The notes beneath the pieces were generated by a model. The model was not told the DNA's origin. It made no database searches and worked only from the letters and a program-made list of their open reading frames with translations. From the human T2T-CHM13v2.0 reference genome, Homo sapiens, in the NCBI RefSeq assembly GCF_009914755.1, contig NC_060947.1: a stretch of DNA of 64,000 nucleotides; one strand, given 5' to 3'. Every line of letters begins with the position of its first letter. The first letter of the stretch is position 1. Of this stretch, positions 30,032 through 41,391 are shown piece by piece. Made by a program: the position numbers and the translations under genes.

Positions 30032-30509
30032 GAACTCGGATTCAAGAAGTTACTTCTATCTTGGTCTGTGTAGATTTATAAGCTACACACAATATTAACA
30101 AAAATGGGATTGCTGTTATAGTTGTTTCATATGTTACACATAGGCTTCTCTCCACTACACAATATGTTTCAAAATATATTTTAAAATGCATTTCAAAAAT
30201 ATTTTGCTGCACCAACTTTTAAGCTTTTGCAGTGCAATTTGTGTATTATTCAGAAGTAAACCAAAAATAAATTTGCTCATGGATCTTGCTGCCTGCTTTA
30301 ACAGCTTTTGAGGGAGGATTTTTATTATATTTATAGTAGATGAAAATAAAACAGATTGCAAATCCTTTTTTTAACTAAAATCATGTACCAAATTTTGGGT
30401 CCAAATTGAATAGGGTAAGTTAAACTAAATTGCATTATATTCACACTACTATGAGTATCTTTCTGTAAGCATATTTATGTTTAAGTAAACTTTAAAAAAA
30501 CAGATTTAG

Positions 30510-30839
30510 GAAGATAGAGAGTAGATTGATGATTACCAGAGGCCTCGGAAACCAGCGGGGAAGGAGGATGAGTACAGGTTGGCCAATGGGTATAAATATA
30601 CAGTTAGAATAAGACCTAGTGTGTGATAGATCAGTATGGTGACTATAGTTAACATTAATCTATTGTACACTTCCAAATAGCTAGCAGAGAATAATTCAAA
30701 TGTTCCTAAGATAAAGAAAAGAGAATTATTTAAGGCAATAGATGTTCCAATTACCCTGATTTAATCTTTACACATTATATGAATGTATCAAATTATCATT
30801 TGTGCTCTGAAAATATGTACATGTATTATGTACCAATAC
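30510..30839 (+). mobile_element. Short 5'-truncated L1MA 3' end
   Basis: gatagagagtagattgatgattaccagaggc...aattaccctgattt. Flanked by aaacagatttag direct repeats. Confidence 0.85.
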
Positions 30840-30852
30840 AAACAGATTTAGT

Positions 30853-31157
<305 letters not shown>

Positions 31158-31203
31158 AAACAGATTTAGTGAAAATTTCCATCAAGATGTTAATACAAAA
31201 CTC

Positions 31204-33317
31204 TTTTTTTATTATTATACTTTAAGTTCTAGGGTACATGTGCACAATGTGCAGGTTTGTTACATATGTATACATGTGCCATGTTGGTGTGCTGCACCCA
31301 TTAACTCTTCATTTACATTAGGTATATCTCCTAATGCTATCCCTCCTCCCTCCCCGTAGCCCACAAGAGACCCTGGTCTGTGATGTTCCCCACCCTGTGT
31401 CCAAGTGTTCTCATTGTTCAATTCCCACCTATGAGTGAGAACATGCGGTGTTTGGTTTTTTGTCCTTGCGATAGTTTGCTCAGAATCATGGTTTCCAGCT
31501 TCATCCATGTCCCTACAAAGGACATGAACTCATCATTTTTTATGGCTGCATAGTATTCCATGGTGTATATGTGCCACATTTTCTTAATCCAGTCTATCAT
31601 TGTTAGACATTTGGGTTGGTTCCAAGTCTTTGCTATTGTGAATAGTGCTGCAATAAACATAACGTGTGCATGTGTCTTTATAGCAGCATGATTTATAATC
31701 CTTTGGGTATATGCCCAGTGATGGGATGGCTGGGTCAAATGGTATTTCTCGTTCTAGATCCTTGAGGAATCACCACACTGTCTTCCACAATGGTTGAACT
31801 AGTTTACAGTCCCACCAACAGTGTAAAAGTGTTCCTGTTTCTCCACATCCTCTCCAGCACCTGTTGTTTCCTGAGTTTTTAATGATCGCCATTCTAACTG
31901 GTGTGAGATGGTATCTCATTGTGGTTTTGATTTGCATTTCTCTGATGGCCAGTGATGATGAGCATTTTTTCATGCATCTGTTGGCTGCATAAATGTCTTC
32001 TTTTGAGAAGTGTCTGTTCATATCCTTTGCCCACTTTTTGATGGGGTTGCTTGATTTTGCTTGTAAATTTGTTTAAGTTCTTTGTAGCTTCTGATATTAG
32101 CCCTTTGTCAGATGGGTAAATTGCAAACATTTTCTCCCATTCTGTAGGTTGCCTGTTCACTCTGATGGTAGTTTCTTTTGCTGTACAGAAGCTCTTTAGT
32201 TTAATTAGATCCCATTTGTCAATTTTGGCTTTTGTTGCCATTGCTTTTGGTGTTTCAGTCATGAAGTCCTTGCCCATGCCTATGTCCTGAATGGTATTGC
32301 CTAGGTTTTCTTCCAGGGTTTTTATGGTTTTAGGTCTAACAAGTAAGTCTTTAATCCATCTTGAATTAATTTTTGTGTAAGATGTAAGGAAGGGATCCAG
32401 TTTCAGCTTTCTACATATGGCTAGCCAGTTTTCCCAGCACCATTTATTAAATAGGGAATCCTTTCCCCATTTCTTGTTTTTGTCAGGTTTGTCAAAGATC
32501 AGATGGTTGTAGATGTGTGGTATTATTTCTGGGGGCTCTATTCTGTTCCATTGGTCTATATCTCTGTTTTGGTAAAAGTTCCATGCTGTTTTGGTTACTG
32601 TAGCCTTGTAGTATAGTTTGAAGTCAGGTAGTGTGATGCTTCCAGCTTTGTTCTTTTGGCTTAGGATTGTCTTGGCAATGCAGGCTCTTTTTTGGTTCCA
32701 TATGAACTTTAAAGTAGTTTTTTCCAATTCTGTGAGGAAAGTCATTGGTAGCTTGATGGGGATGGCATTGAATCTATAAATTACCTTGGGCAGTATGGCC
32801 ATTTTCACATTGTTCATTCTTCCTATCCATGAGCATGGAATGTTCTTCCATTTGTTTGTGTCATCTTTTATTTCGTTGAGCAGTGGTTTGTAGTTCTCCT
32901 TGAAGAGGTCCTTCACATCCCTTGTAAGTTGGATTCCTAGGTATTGTATTCTGTTTGAAGCAATTGTGAATGGGAGTTCACTCATGATTTGGCTCTCTGT
33001 TTGTCTGTTATTGGTGTATAGGAATGCTTGTGATTTTTGTACATTGATTTTGTATCCTGAGACTTTGCTGAAGTTGCTTATCAGCTTAAGGAGACTTTGG
33101 GCTGAGACGATGGGGTTTTTTAAATATACAGTCATGTCATCTGCAAACAGGGACAATTTGACTTCCTGTTTTCCTAATTGGATACCCTTTATTTCTTTCT
33201 CCTGCCTGATTGCCCTAGCCAGAACTTTCAACACTATGCTGAATAGGAGTGGTGAGAGAGGGCACCCCTGTCTTGTGCCAGTTTTCAAAGGGAATGCTTC
33301 CAGTTTTTGCCCATTTA
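31204..33317 (-). mobile_element. 5'-truncated L1PA (about L1PA4-6) LINE-1, RT C-terminal half to poly-A
   Basis: 476-aa ORF2 fragment with [13 protein letters not shown] and the FADD RT motif, plus an L1PA 3'UTR. TSD aatacaaaactc at 31192-31203 and 33318-33329. Confidence 0.96.
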
Positions 33318-35924
33318 AATACAAAACTCAAAAAGTCCTATATACCAGAATTCTATATACCTTGGGCCCCTGTATTAAAAGTACCTCAATGCTGAACTAA
33401 TTATGGGATTGGTTTGCTTAGGAACAGAAAGTCCACTCTCTCATGGTCCAGTTAATGAAGATTTGAGTAGAATTTTACTCTTCAGGCAGTGTCCTAAATG
33501 ATGGTCCAGAGAGCTGAAAGAACAAATCCTCTCCCAACTTTCTCAACAGTATTTCCTCTGTCATTCTTCCTCATCCCACCTCTCTTACCACAAAGCCATC
33601 AGTGTCTTTCAAAGACTTTCTAACATAAACATCCCTCTCTTCTCAGTCAGCCAAATCATGTGGAAGAGTGGCCATTGGTGGCATGGCTGATTTTCCAGAC
33701 CACCCTAATTCATTTCATGGAGAATTTTTTCTAAAACTCAGTTTTAGAAAATTCAGTGAAACAAGAGAAACAGCATTCCAGAACCAAGAAATTATTGTTC
33801 TTGCCTCTGTCTCCTAAAGCAAGTCATGGAGCTTTGTCAATTTTGGGACCTCACTCACAAAGACTTTGGTTTCTAGGCATCTCGTTGGTTATTACAGCAT
33901 TACAATAGTTTCCTGGCTTTGCTGAATAGTATAGCCATCCAGGCTCCTCCAAAAAACCTGGGCAACCACACCACAGAAGGACATCAAAACAGCTAAAAGG
34001 ATGAACATGTCTTCTGCCATTTCAGTGCTCGCTTAGAGGCTGAAGGAAAAGTGAAGGCTACAAGATAGCCTCCCCCATCCCCCAAAAAATGCTCAGGAAA
34101 TGAGACACAGAGCTCAGAAAATACATAGCAACCTTTTCTACGGGGAAATCTGATAGGGCCAGTGGCTGGCCAGCGGAGGCAGTTCTACAAACTAGACTAC
34201 TTGCCCACCAAATCCCATGAAGCAACAGCTGCAGGAAGCAAAGATGATACAATAAGAAAAGCCCTACTCTATAAACCTCAGCTTTGTTCTCTGGCTAAGT
34301 ATTTGGGTGCTGGCTTACGACCACCCCAGAGCACATTTGGGCATTTGCCTAGTGACCTACAATATAAACCATGTTTTCTTGGCAGCAATGAGTAAAGCAA
34401 TTGACAGCCAAACAACTTCGTTTCATCACTTCTTGGTATGTAATTCTGATCTCTGGGGAAATCATAGGCACATTGGTGGATTCTAACATGCCTTCTATTT
34501 AGAAGATCTGCCCAGGAGGCTGTCATTAAGAATATTTGCTGGGAATTACAGGCAAACATTGCCTAATCCTTGCAAGCAGGCCTTGCCTTTTAATGAGTAA
34601 TGATTCCTAAAATTTGAATAGTAAAGTTGATCCTCACAATAAACTTATGAAATAAACATTACCCCCATTTTCAGAGCAGGAAACTGAAGCTTAGAAAAGT
34701 TAAATGACTTTTCCAAAGCCACAGAGCTCTTAGGTCTGTTGAGTAACAGATTCAGAAAAAAAAAAAAAAACCTGGAGAAAGAAGAAAGGCTGGATGAGGA
34801 CAGAAGGCAGGGTCCAAAAGGGTGTAAGGGAAAGGGAGAAATATTTTATGAATCCTAAATTTCTGCTTTGAGAAAATCGGTGCATAGATATATCCTTCAT
34901 GAAAATAAGAACACAGGCACACAGCAGTATCCCCACCTCTCCACACTCTTTCTCCCTGGTAGTGGACAGTGAGGATCAGTAAATTATTGAGATCAGCTTG
35001 GCTATTAGGTTCAAAGCATCTCTGTACATCCCAGTGGAGATGTACAATAAACATAGTTATATGGGTCTAGGGCTCAGGGGAAAGTTCCAGGCTGAAAGTT
35101 CATGTGTGGAAAATACAAGCCTAAGGGTAGATGATAGAACAAAGGTATTTGTCAAATACGAGGGCCAGGGACAGGAGCAACCCTGAGAAACACTCACACT
35201 TAAGGGATAGGTAAAGAAACAAGGACTTGTGAAGGAGACAAAGATTGGTCAGACCTCCTCCAACCACCCTGTTTCCCACATACCACAGCTTCTCAAGGAC
35301 AAGAGGTGGCTCAGGAAGAAGTGGCTCAGGAAGGATGTGGGGACTGGGGGCAAAGTGGTTACACATCCTTCCAGCTTTAAGTGCTGTATCGACCAACTAT
35401 TGTCCGGTGGTAACTAGGGATGAGCTGTGAGAAACCAATCTTACTCAGAAATGAAACAGTATTTCCAGCTTCCTTAATCATTCTTTTTCATTTTTAATGA
35501 GTTCTAAGGGGCGACTCAATGGCTGATACTTGCTGTGCTTGGCAAAGAGCCATCAACTCTGGTACCACCTGGTTTTCTTTCTTGAATTTAGACAAACTTT
35601 GAGGAAATACAGGGAGGCTGGAAGCAGGTCCAAGCACCTTGAATTTGGCCTTGAGTAGCTTCAAACCATGTGTCTCTTGTGTCTTTCTCCCTTTACTCTT
35701 GTGGGATACCACAAGCTAAATTATTGCTGTGAGAATTGCTCCACAAATCAAAGATTCTCTCTTTCACCTTGGGCCACCACTTTCACCCTTCTCAGGACTT
35801 AATTCTAGGGAAAAAAGTTTAAAAAATTTTAAAAATTATCATTATACTATGGGAACAAATCATTAAGTAGCAAAATAATTTTGAGGTAATTGTTATTAGT
35901 ATTACTACTACTTGTGGGACCACT

Positions 35925-36328
35925 ACATTCATTCTATAATAATTTGTTGACCACCTATTATGTGTCAGAGACTAGAAAGACAATGATAACAGGACAGACA
36001 AGATTCTTGCTCTCGCAGAGCTCACATATTAGTAGGAAAGACAGCCAATAAAACAAGTGAACATTAATGAAGTAGAGAGATAAGTTTTAAAACAAAAATA
36101 AAATTTGGTGATAGGATAGAGTGTTGGAGTGGGAATAAGGACAACTTTAGATTAGATGGGGTAGTTAGGACCCTCTGATAAGGTGGTATTTCACATGAGA
36201 CCTAAAAAGTCAGAAGCCAGCCATACAAGGAAGAGAGGTAAGAAAATTCCAAGCAAAGGAAACAGCAAATAAGGAAACCTCAAGTTATACAAATGATCAA
36301 CGCGTTTAAGGAACAAAAAGCAGGTTAA
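35925..36328 (-). mobile_element. L2 LINE 3' region
   Basis: cattcatt...atttgttgaccacctattatgtgtcag...gacagacaagattcttgctctcgcagagctcaca. Confidence 0.7.
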
Positions 36329-36826
36329 GGACAACTGTATATTTATATGCAAAAGAATAAAGTTGAACCTCTACCTCATCTCACACCATATACAGAAATT
36401 AATTTAAAATGTATCAAAGAATTCAATATAAGAGCTAAAATCATAAACCTCACAGCATACATAGGTATAAATCATTGTGACCTTGAATCAGGCAATGTGT
36501 TTTAGATATGACACCAAAAGCACAAGCAACAAAAGAAAAAAAGATAAATTGCACTTCAAAATTAAAAGCTTCTGTGTATCAAAGGACACTATCAAGAGAG
36601 TGAAAAGATAACCCACATGGGGGGGGGGAATGTTTTCAAATCATATATCTGATAAGGGCCTAGTATCTAGAATATATAAAGAACGTGAAGGCAACCTAAT
36701 TTTAAGACACCCCAAAGACTGGAGTAGATATTTCTACAAAGAATATATGCAAAAGGTCAATAACTACATGAGAGGATGCTCAAAATTATTAGTCATTAGG
36801 ATAATACAAATAGAAACACATGAGAT

Positions 36827-38317
36827 GGACTAGGGAACAATACAGTCAGGATGGCTGAAGGTGACCACAAGAAACCAAAGGGCAAGATGTCTGCTTATGC
36901 CTTCTTTGCGCAGACATGCAGAGAAGAACATAAGAAGAAAAACCCAGAGGTCCCTGTCAATTTTGTAGAATTTTCCAAGAAGTGCTCTGAGAAGCGGAAG
37001 ACCATGTCTGGGAAAGAGAAGACCAAATTTGATGAAATGGCAAAGGTGGATAAAGTACACTATGATCAGGAAATGAAGGATAATGGACCAGTTGAGGGAG
37101 GCAAGAAGAAGGACCCTAATGCCCTCAAAAGGCCACTGTCTGGATTCTTCCTGTTCTGTTCAGAATTCCACCCCAAGATCAAATCCACAAATCCTGGCAT
37201 CTCTATTGGAGACATGGCAAAAAAGCTGGGTGAGATGTGGATTAACTATAGTGACAGGGAAAAGCAGCCTTACATCACTAAGGCAGCAGACCTGAAGGAG
37301 AAGTATGAGAAGGATGTTGCTGACTATAAGTCTAAAGGAAAGTTTGATAGTGCAAAGGGTCCCACTAAAATTGCCTGGAAAAAGGTGAAAGAGAAAGACA
37401 AAGAAGATGAGGAGGAAGAAGAGGAGGAGGAAGAGAAGAAGGAGGAGGGGGAATAAAAAAACTGTTTATCTGTCATCTTATGAATGCCTTAGAGTAGGGG
37501 AGTGTCATAATTGACATATCTCTTATTTGAGAAGTGTCTGTTGCCCTCATTAAGTTTAATTACAAAATTTGATTATGATCATATTGTAGTCTCTCGAAGT
37601 GCTCTAGAAATTGTCAGTGGTTTACATGAAGTGGTTGGATGTCCGGAGCATCCTGAAACTGTATCAAAGTTGTACATATTTCAAACAGTTTAAAAATGAA
37701 AAGTCACTCTGGTATTCTCCCTACTCTGTGTACATTGCAGTTGGAGTGACAAGGCATTTAAAGATGTTTCTGGCAGTTTTTTTATTTTTAAGGTGGTATT
37801 AAGTCTATGGTTATTGGCTAGAAATGCTGAGTTATCAACTGCATATATCTATAATTTGTAAAAAAGAAAAAACAACCCCGACAAACTCTTCATGCTCCTT
37901 GCTTGGCATTGAGGCTGTGGGGGAAGACGCCTTTTGGAGGGGCTGTAGCTCAGGGTGTGCTGCTGTGAGGCTCCACCTGTTGACTCTGCATGGGCATCCA
38001 TTTAGCTTCAGGTGGTCTTGTTTCTGTGTATAGTGACATAGCATTCTGCTGCCATTCTTAGCTGTGGACAAAGGGGGGTCAGCTGGCATGAGAAGTGTTC
38101 GGTTTTTTGTTTTTAGTGAAGTGTGGTAGTTTCAAAACTGTTTTTAAACAAACTCTAGAATTCTTAATTGCTAGCAAAATAAAGAGCCACTGGATCAATG
38201 AAAGTTCAAGAACCTTCTGTACTTAAATACGATTTGCAATGTTCTGTTATTTTTTCCTATGTTTAGAATGCTGAAATTTTTTTTAAGTTAAATAAACAGT
38301 ATCATACTTAAAAAAAA
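36827..38317 (+). pseudogene. HMGB3P30: Processed HMGB3 pseudogene/retrocopy (short 5'UTR, intronless CDS 36851-37456, 3'UTR, AATAAA, residual poly-A)
   Basis: The 201-aa ORF has two HMG boxes and an acidic tail and matches HMGB3 ([21 protein letters not shown]). No introns. AATAAA at 38291-38296, A-run 38310-38317, flanking repeat ATGAGAT at 36820-36826 and 38317-38323 inside an L1. The P30 number is from recollection of the locus and is less certain than the HMGB3 assignment. Confidence 0.9.
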
Positions 38318-38909
38318 TGAGATACCACTTTAGACCCACTAGGGTAACTATAATAACAACAATTTTAAAAACAGAAAATAAGTGTTGGGAGGGAGTAGAG
38401 AATTTGGAACCCTTGTACTTTTCTGGTAGAGGTGCAAAATCATGCAGCTGCTGTGAAAAACAGCTTGGCAGTTCCTCAAAAAAGTCAACACAGAGTTACT
38501 ATGTGACCCAGCAAGTCTACTTCTAGGTATACACACTCCAAAATCAAAGCCAGGTACTCAGGCAAAAACTTGAGCATAAATATTCACAGTAGCTATGAGT
38601 ATTCACAGTGTTTATAGTTTCACAGTGGCGAAAAAAATAGAAATAGCTCAAATGTTCACTAACCAATGAATAGATGAAATGTGTCCATTATATACAATGG
38701 CATATTATTCAGCCATAAAAGAAGGAAGTACTGATAGATACTACAACATGAATGAACCTTGAAAACATTATGCTAAGTGAAATAAGCTAGACACAACAGG
38801 CCACATATTGTATGATTTCTTTTATATGAAATGTCCAGAACAAGCAAATCTATAGGGATAAAAAATAGATTATTTGTTGCCAGGGCCTGGGGGAAGGGAG
38901 AATGGACAG

Positions 38910-39893
38910 TGTAGGGAAGGAAGAATCATTTTTTTTCAACTTTCATAAATTCCAGTTAAAGCAGATGCCTGTAATAAAAGGCAGAGGCAGATTAACAAGA
39001 GAAAAGCAAAAGGAAGTTTATTACTATATATATATAATATGTATTTATATTATGCATATTATACATACATATTATATAGACATGTATAATATATGTGTTT
39101 ATATAAATATATAAATATAAATATATTTCTATGACTATATAAATATATTTCCATAAATATATAAATATAAATGCATATTATATTATATATGTATACATAA
39201 TGTATTATATACTTATATAAATATGAATATATAATACATTCTATATACATGTTATATATTATATAACATAATTTTATGTTATATATATTTATTTTTTATA
39301 TGTTATATATAATATTTATTTTATATATGTTATATATAATTGTATGTACATATATATTATATATTATATAAGATTATATATGTTATATATTATACATAAT
39401 ATATAATTACTTATATGTTATATATAATATATAATATATAAAACATACATATGGAAGATACCCAGGGAATTAGTAATTCTCAAAAATGTGGCTTTTAAGT
39501 CCACCTTATGTAGCACCATCAACAAACAGTCAGTTTTTAGAGAAGTGACAAGACAAAGAAAGAGGACTGTGAGTCTCTAGGGGTGATAACTTGTGGGAAG
39601 GTAAATAATGGCAGATAAAAGCTTGTTAGTAAAGCTTGTTAATGTAGATTTCTGTGTTGCCATCTCAAGGCTTATGAGAATCTAAAGTTTTCTTCAGTGG
39701 TTAGCCTTTGTTCTCCCTGGTAGAAAGGAGAGGTGGTGTATCTTTGTCTTTGTAAATTTATATTCTGTTTTTAGACAAAAAGAGGGAGGGCAGAGAGCTT
39801 TCCTACATCTGCTTTTTCTCAGTTGCCTTCAGCTTAAGACAATCCTTATGCCAAAGAGGCATATTTGGGGGTAGTATATTCTGGTCTCCCACA
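38910..39893 (-). mobile_element. ERV1 solo LTR (MER34-like) with an internal AT expansion
   Basis: TG...CA termini. The reverse complement starts tgtgggagaccagaatatactacccccaaatatgcctctttggcataagga, typical of the MER34/MER39 group. Confidence 0.75.
39024..39450. repeat. AT-rich low-complexity / (TA)-derived expansion
   Basis: About 420 bp of almost only A and T, with a recurring tatatgttatatataat. Confidence 0.9.
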
Positions 39894-40591
39894 GAAGAGA
39901 TTGCTCAACATTTACACATCGTGAAAAAAAAGAAAAATAAATCACCATGAAAAAATAAAAAGAAAAATAATTTAAAATATCGTGAAAAAAATAAAAATAA
40001 AAAGAAATTAAAATCAGTTTCAAAACCAGAGGATTTCATGAAAAAATAAAAAATAAAATAAAAACTAAAAACATTTACAGAGTTTCTTTCAGGGCAATAA
40101 AAATACTCTAAAACTAGAAAATGGTGATGGTTGCACAACTCTGTGGTCATACTAAAAACCATTTTAATTAGGCGAATTGTACAGTTTGTGAAATATATCT
40201 CAATAAAGCTGTTATGCATTTTCAAAAACCAGGCTAATGTGATAGGAAAATAGTAAGCAAGAGGGAAAGTGACAGAAGGGGCAGAAATGGAAATTTCCTA
40301 AGGATATAATCCTCCTATGGCCCCATGAAGGTCTAAGTCTCATCACGCTAAGTATAGGCTTAGCAGCTTCCTTAACTTCCTTGAGCTAGGCAAAAGGCCT
40401 TTTCTTTCCTTCTAGAAATTAGCACTCCAAAAGAAAGGAACATAGAACCCTATAACAACTCAGGGAGAAAAAGAGTATTTGTCCCTGTTTCTAGAGTAAA
40501 GGTAGTCCTAGTACCCTCCCTAGTCCTATAAATGCTGGGAATGTCCTCCCAACTCCCCACTCCAAACACTCTAGACACAAAAAGTGTGTCT

Positions 40592-40686
40592 AGAGTAATC
40601 AAAAGAAGCAATGGAGAGTAATCAAAAGAATCAAAAATGGAGAGTAATCAAAAGAATCAAAAGTAATCAAAGAAGCAATGGAGAGA
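40592..40686. repeat. Short imperfect minisatellite (gagtaatcaaaagaa...aatgga)
   Basis: Four copies of agtaatcaaa(a)gaa with variable spacers. Confidence 0.85.
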
Positions 40687-40804
40687 GGCTACAATAGGGA
40701 GAGGATATCCTTCTTGCCACAAAGACATGGAGGTTTGTTTAATGGCTCCCTACATCACATCAGTTCTCTCCAGAACGGTGGCTCAAGGATCACTTTGGTT
40801 AACA

Positions 40805-41342
40805 TTAACTACATTTTATTAAATGCTTACTGTGTGCCAGGCATTAGGCTAGGTGATTTTACATAGGTTATATCATTTGATTCATACAACAATCTAGTGA
40901 TTATCTTACACATTTATATCCCCAATTTAATAGCTGAGGAAACTGTGGCAGAGGTGGTTCAAAAACCTGCTTAAGATTTCAGAGATAATCAGAACTGGCA
41001 TAGAAGTTCTGTCCATCTTAACTTGTTCTTCAGCATCACATCATACTACTTTGTCTCTTCTGACCCCCAGGAGTACTCCTATTCTGTGAGGTTATGAGAG
41101 GAAGCTCAAAACCTTTATTCTGGAATCATAGCCTAAAGTTGTCTTAGCTAGCAATCATAGCTAAGAGATACTAATCATTTACTATCTAGTAAGTGCTGTA
41201 GTAAGCACTTTTACATACATTATCTTGTTTGATCCTGACAACAAGCCTGAGTAATAGGTAGTATTTTATCATCCCCTTTTTATGATTGGGAAAACCAAAA
41301 CATATTTACAAGAACAAACTTATCCTAGATTGCTCAGCTTAT
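40805..41342 (-). mobile_element. Two MIR elements (about 40805-41000 and 41170-41342)
   Basis: ttattaaatgcttactgtgtgccaggca...tgaggaaactgtggcag and taagcacttttacatacattatctt. Confidence 0.65.
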
Positions 41343-41391
41343 AAAAATACTGACACTGAGGTCCATTTCATACCACGGGACCCTTACTTTT

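Larger units (their letters stand above)
36329..40228 (+). mobile_element. L1MB-like 3' fragment hosting the HMGB3 retrocopy, an LTR and an A-rich insert
   Basis: L1 sequence at 36329-36826, 38317-38909 and about 39894-40228 is collinear. Ends ctcaataaagctgtt. Confidence 0.85.

Noticed and set aside
31894-33324. 476-aa reverse transcriptase ORF as a novel RT system
   Set aside because: It is an ordinary 5'-truncated L1PA ORF2 fragment with poly(A) and TSD, lacking the RT N-terminus and a promoter.
40592-40686. Direct repeats with short spacers resembling a CRISPR array
   Set aside because: Eukaryotic DNA, the spacers are tiny and related to each other, and there are no cas genes. It is a minisatellite.
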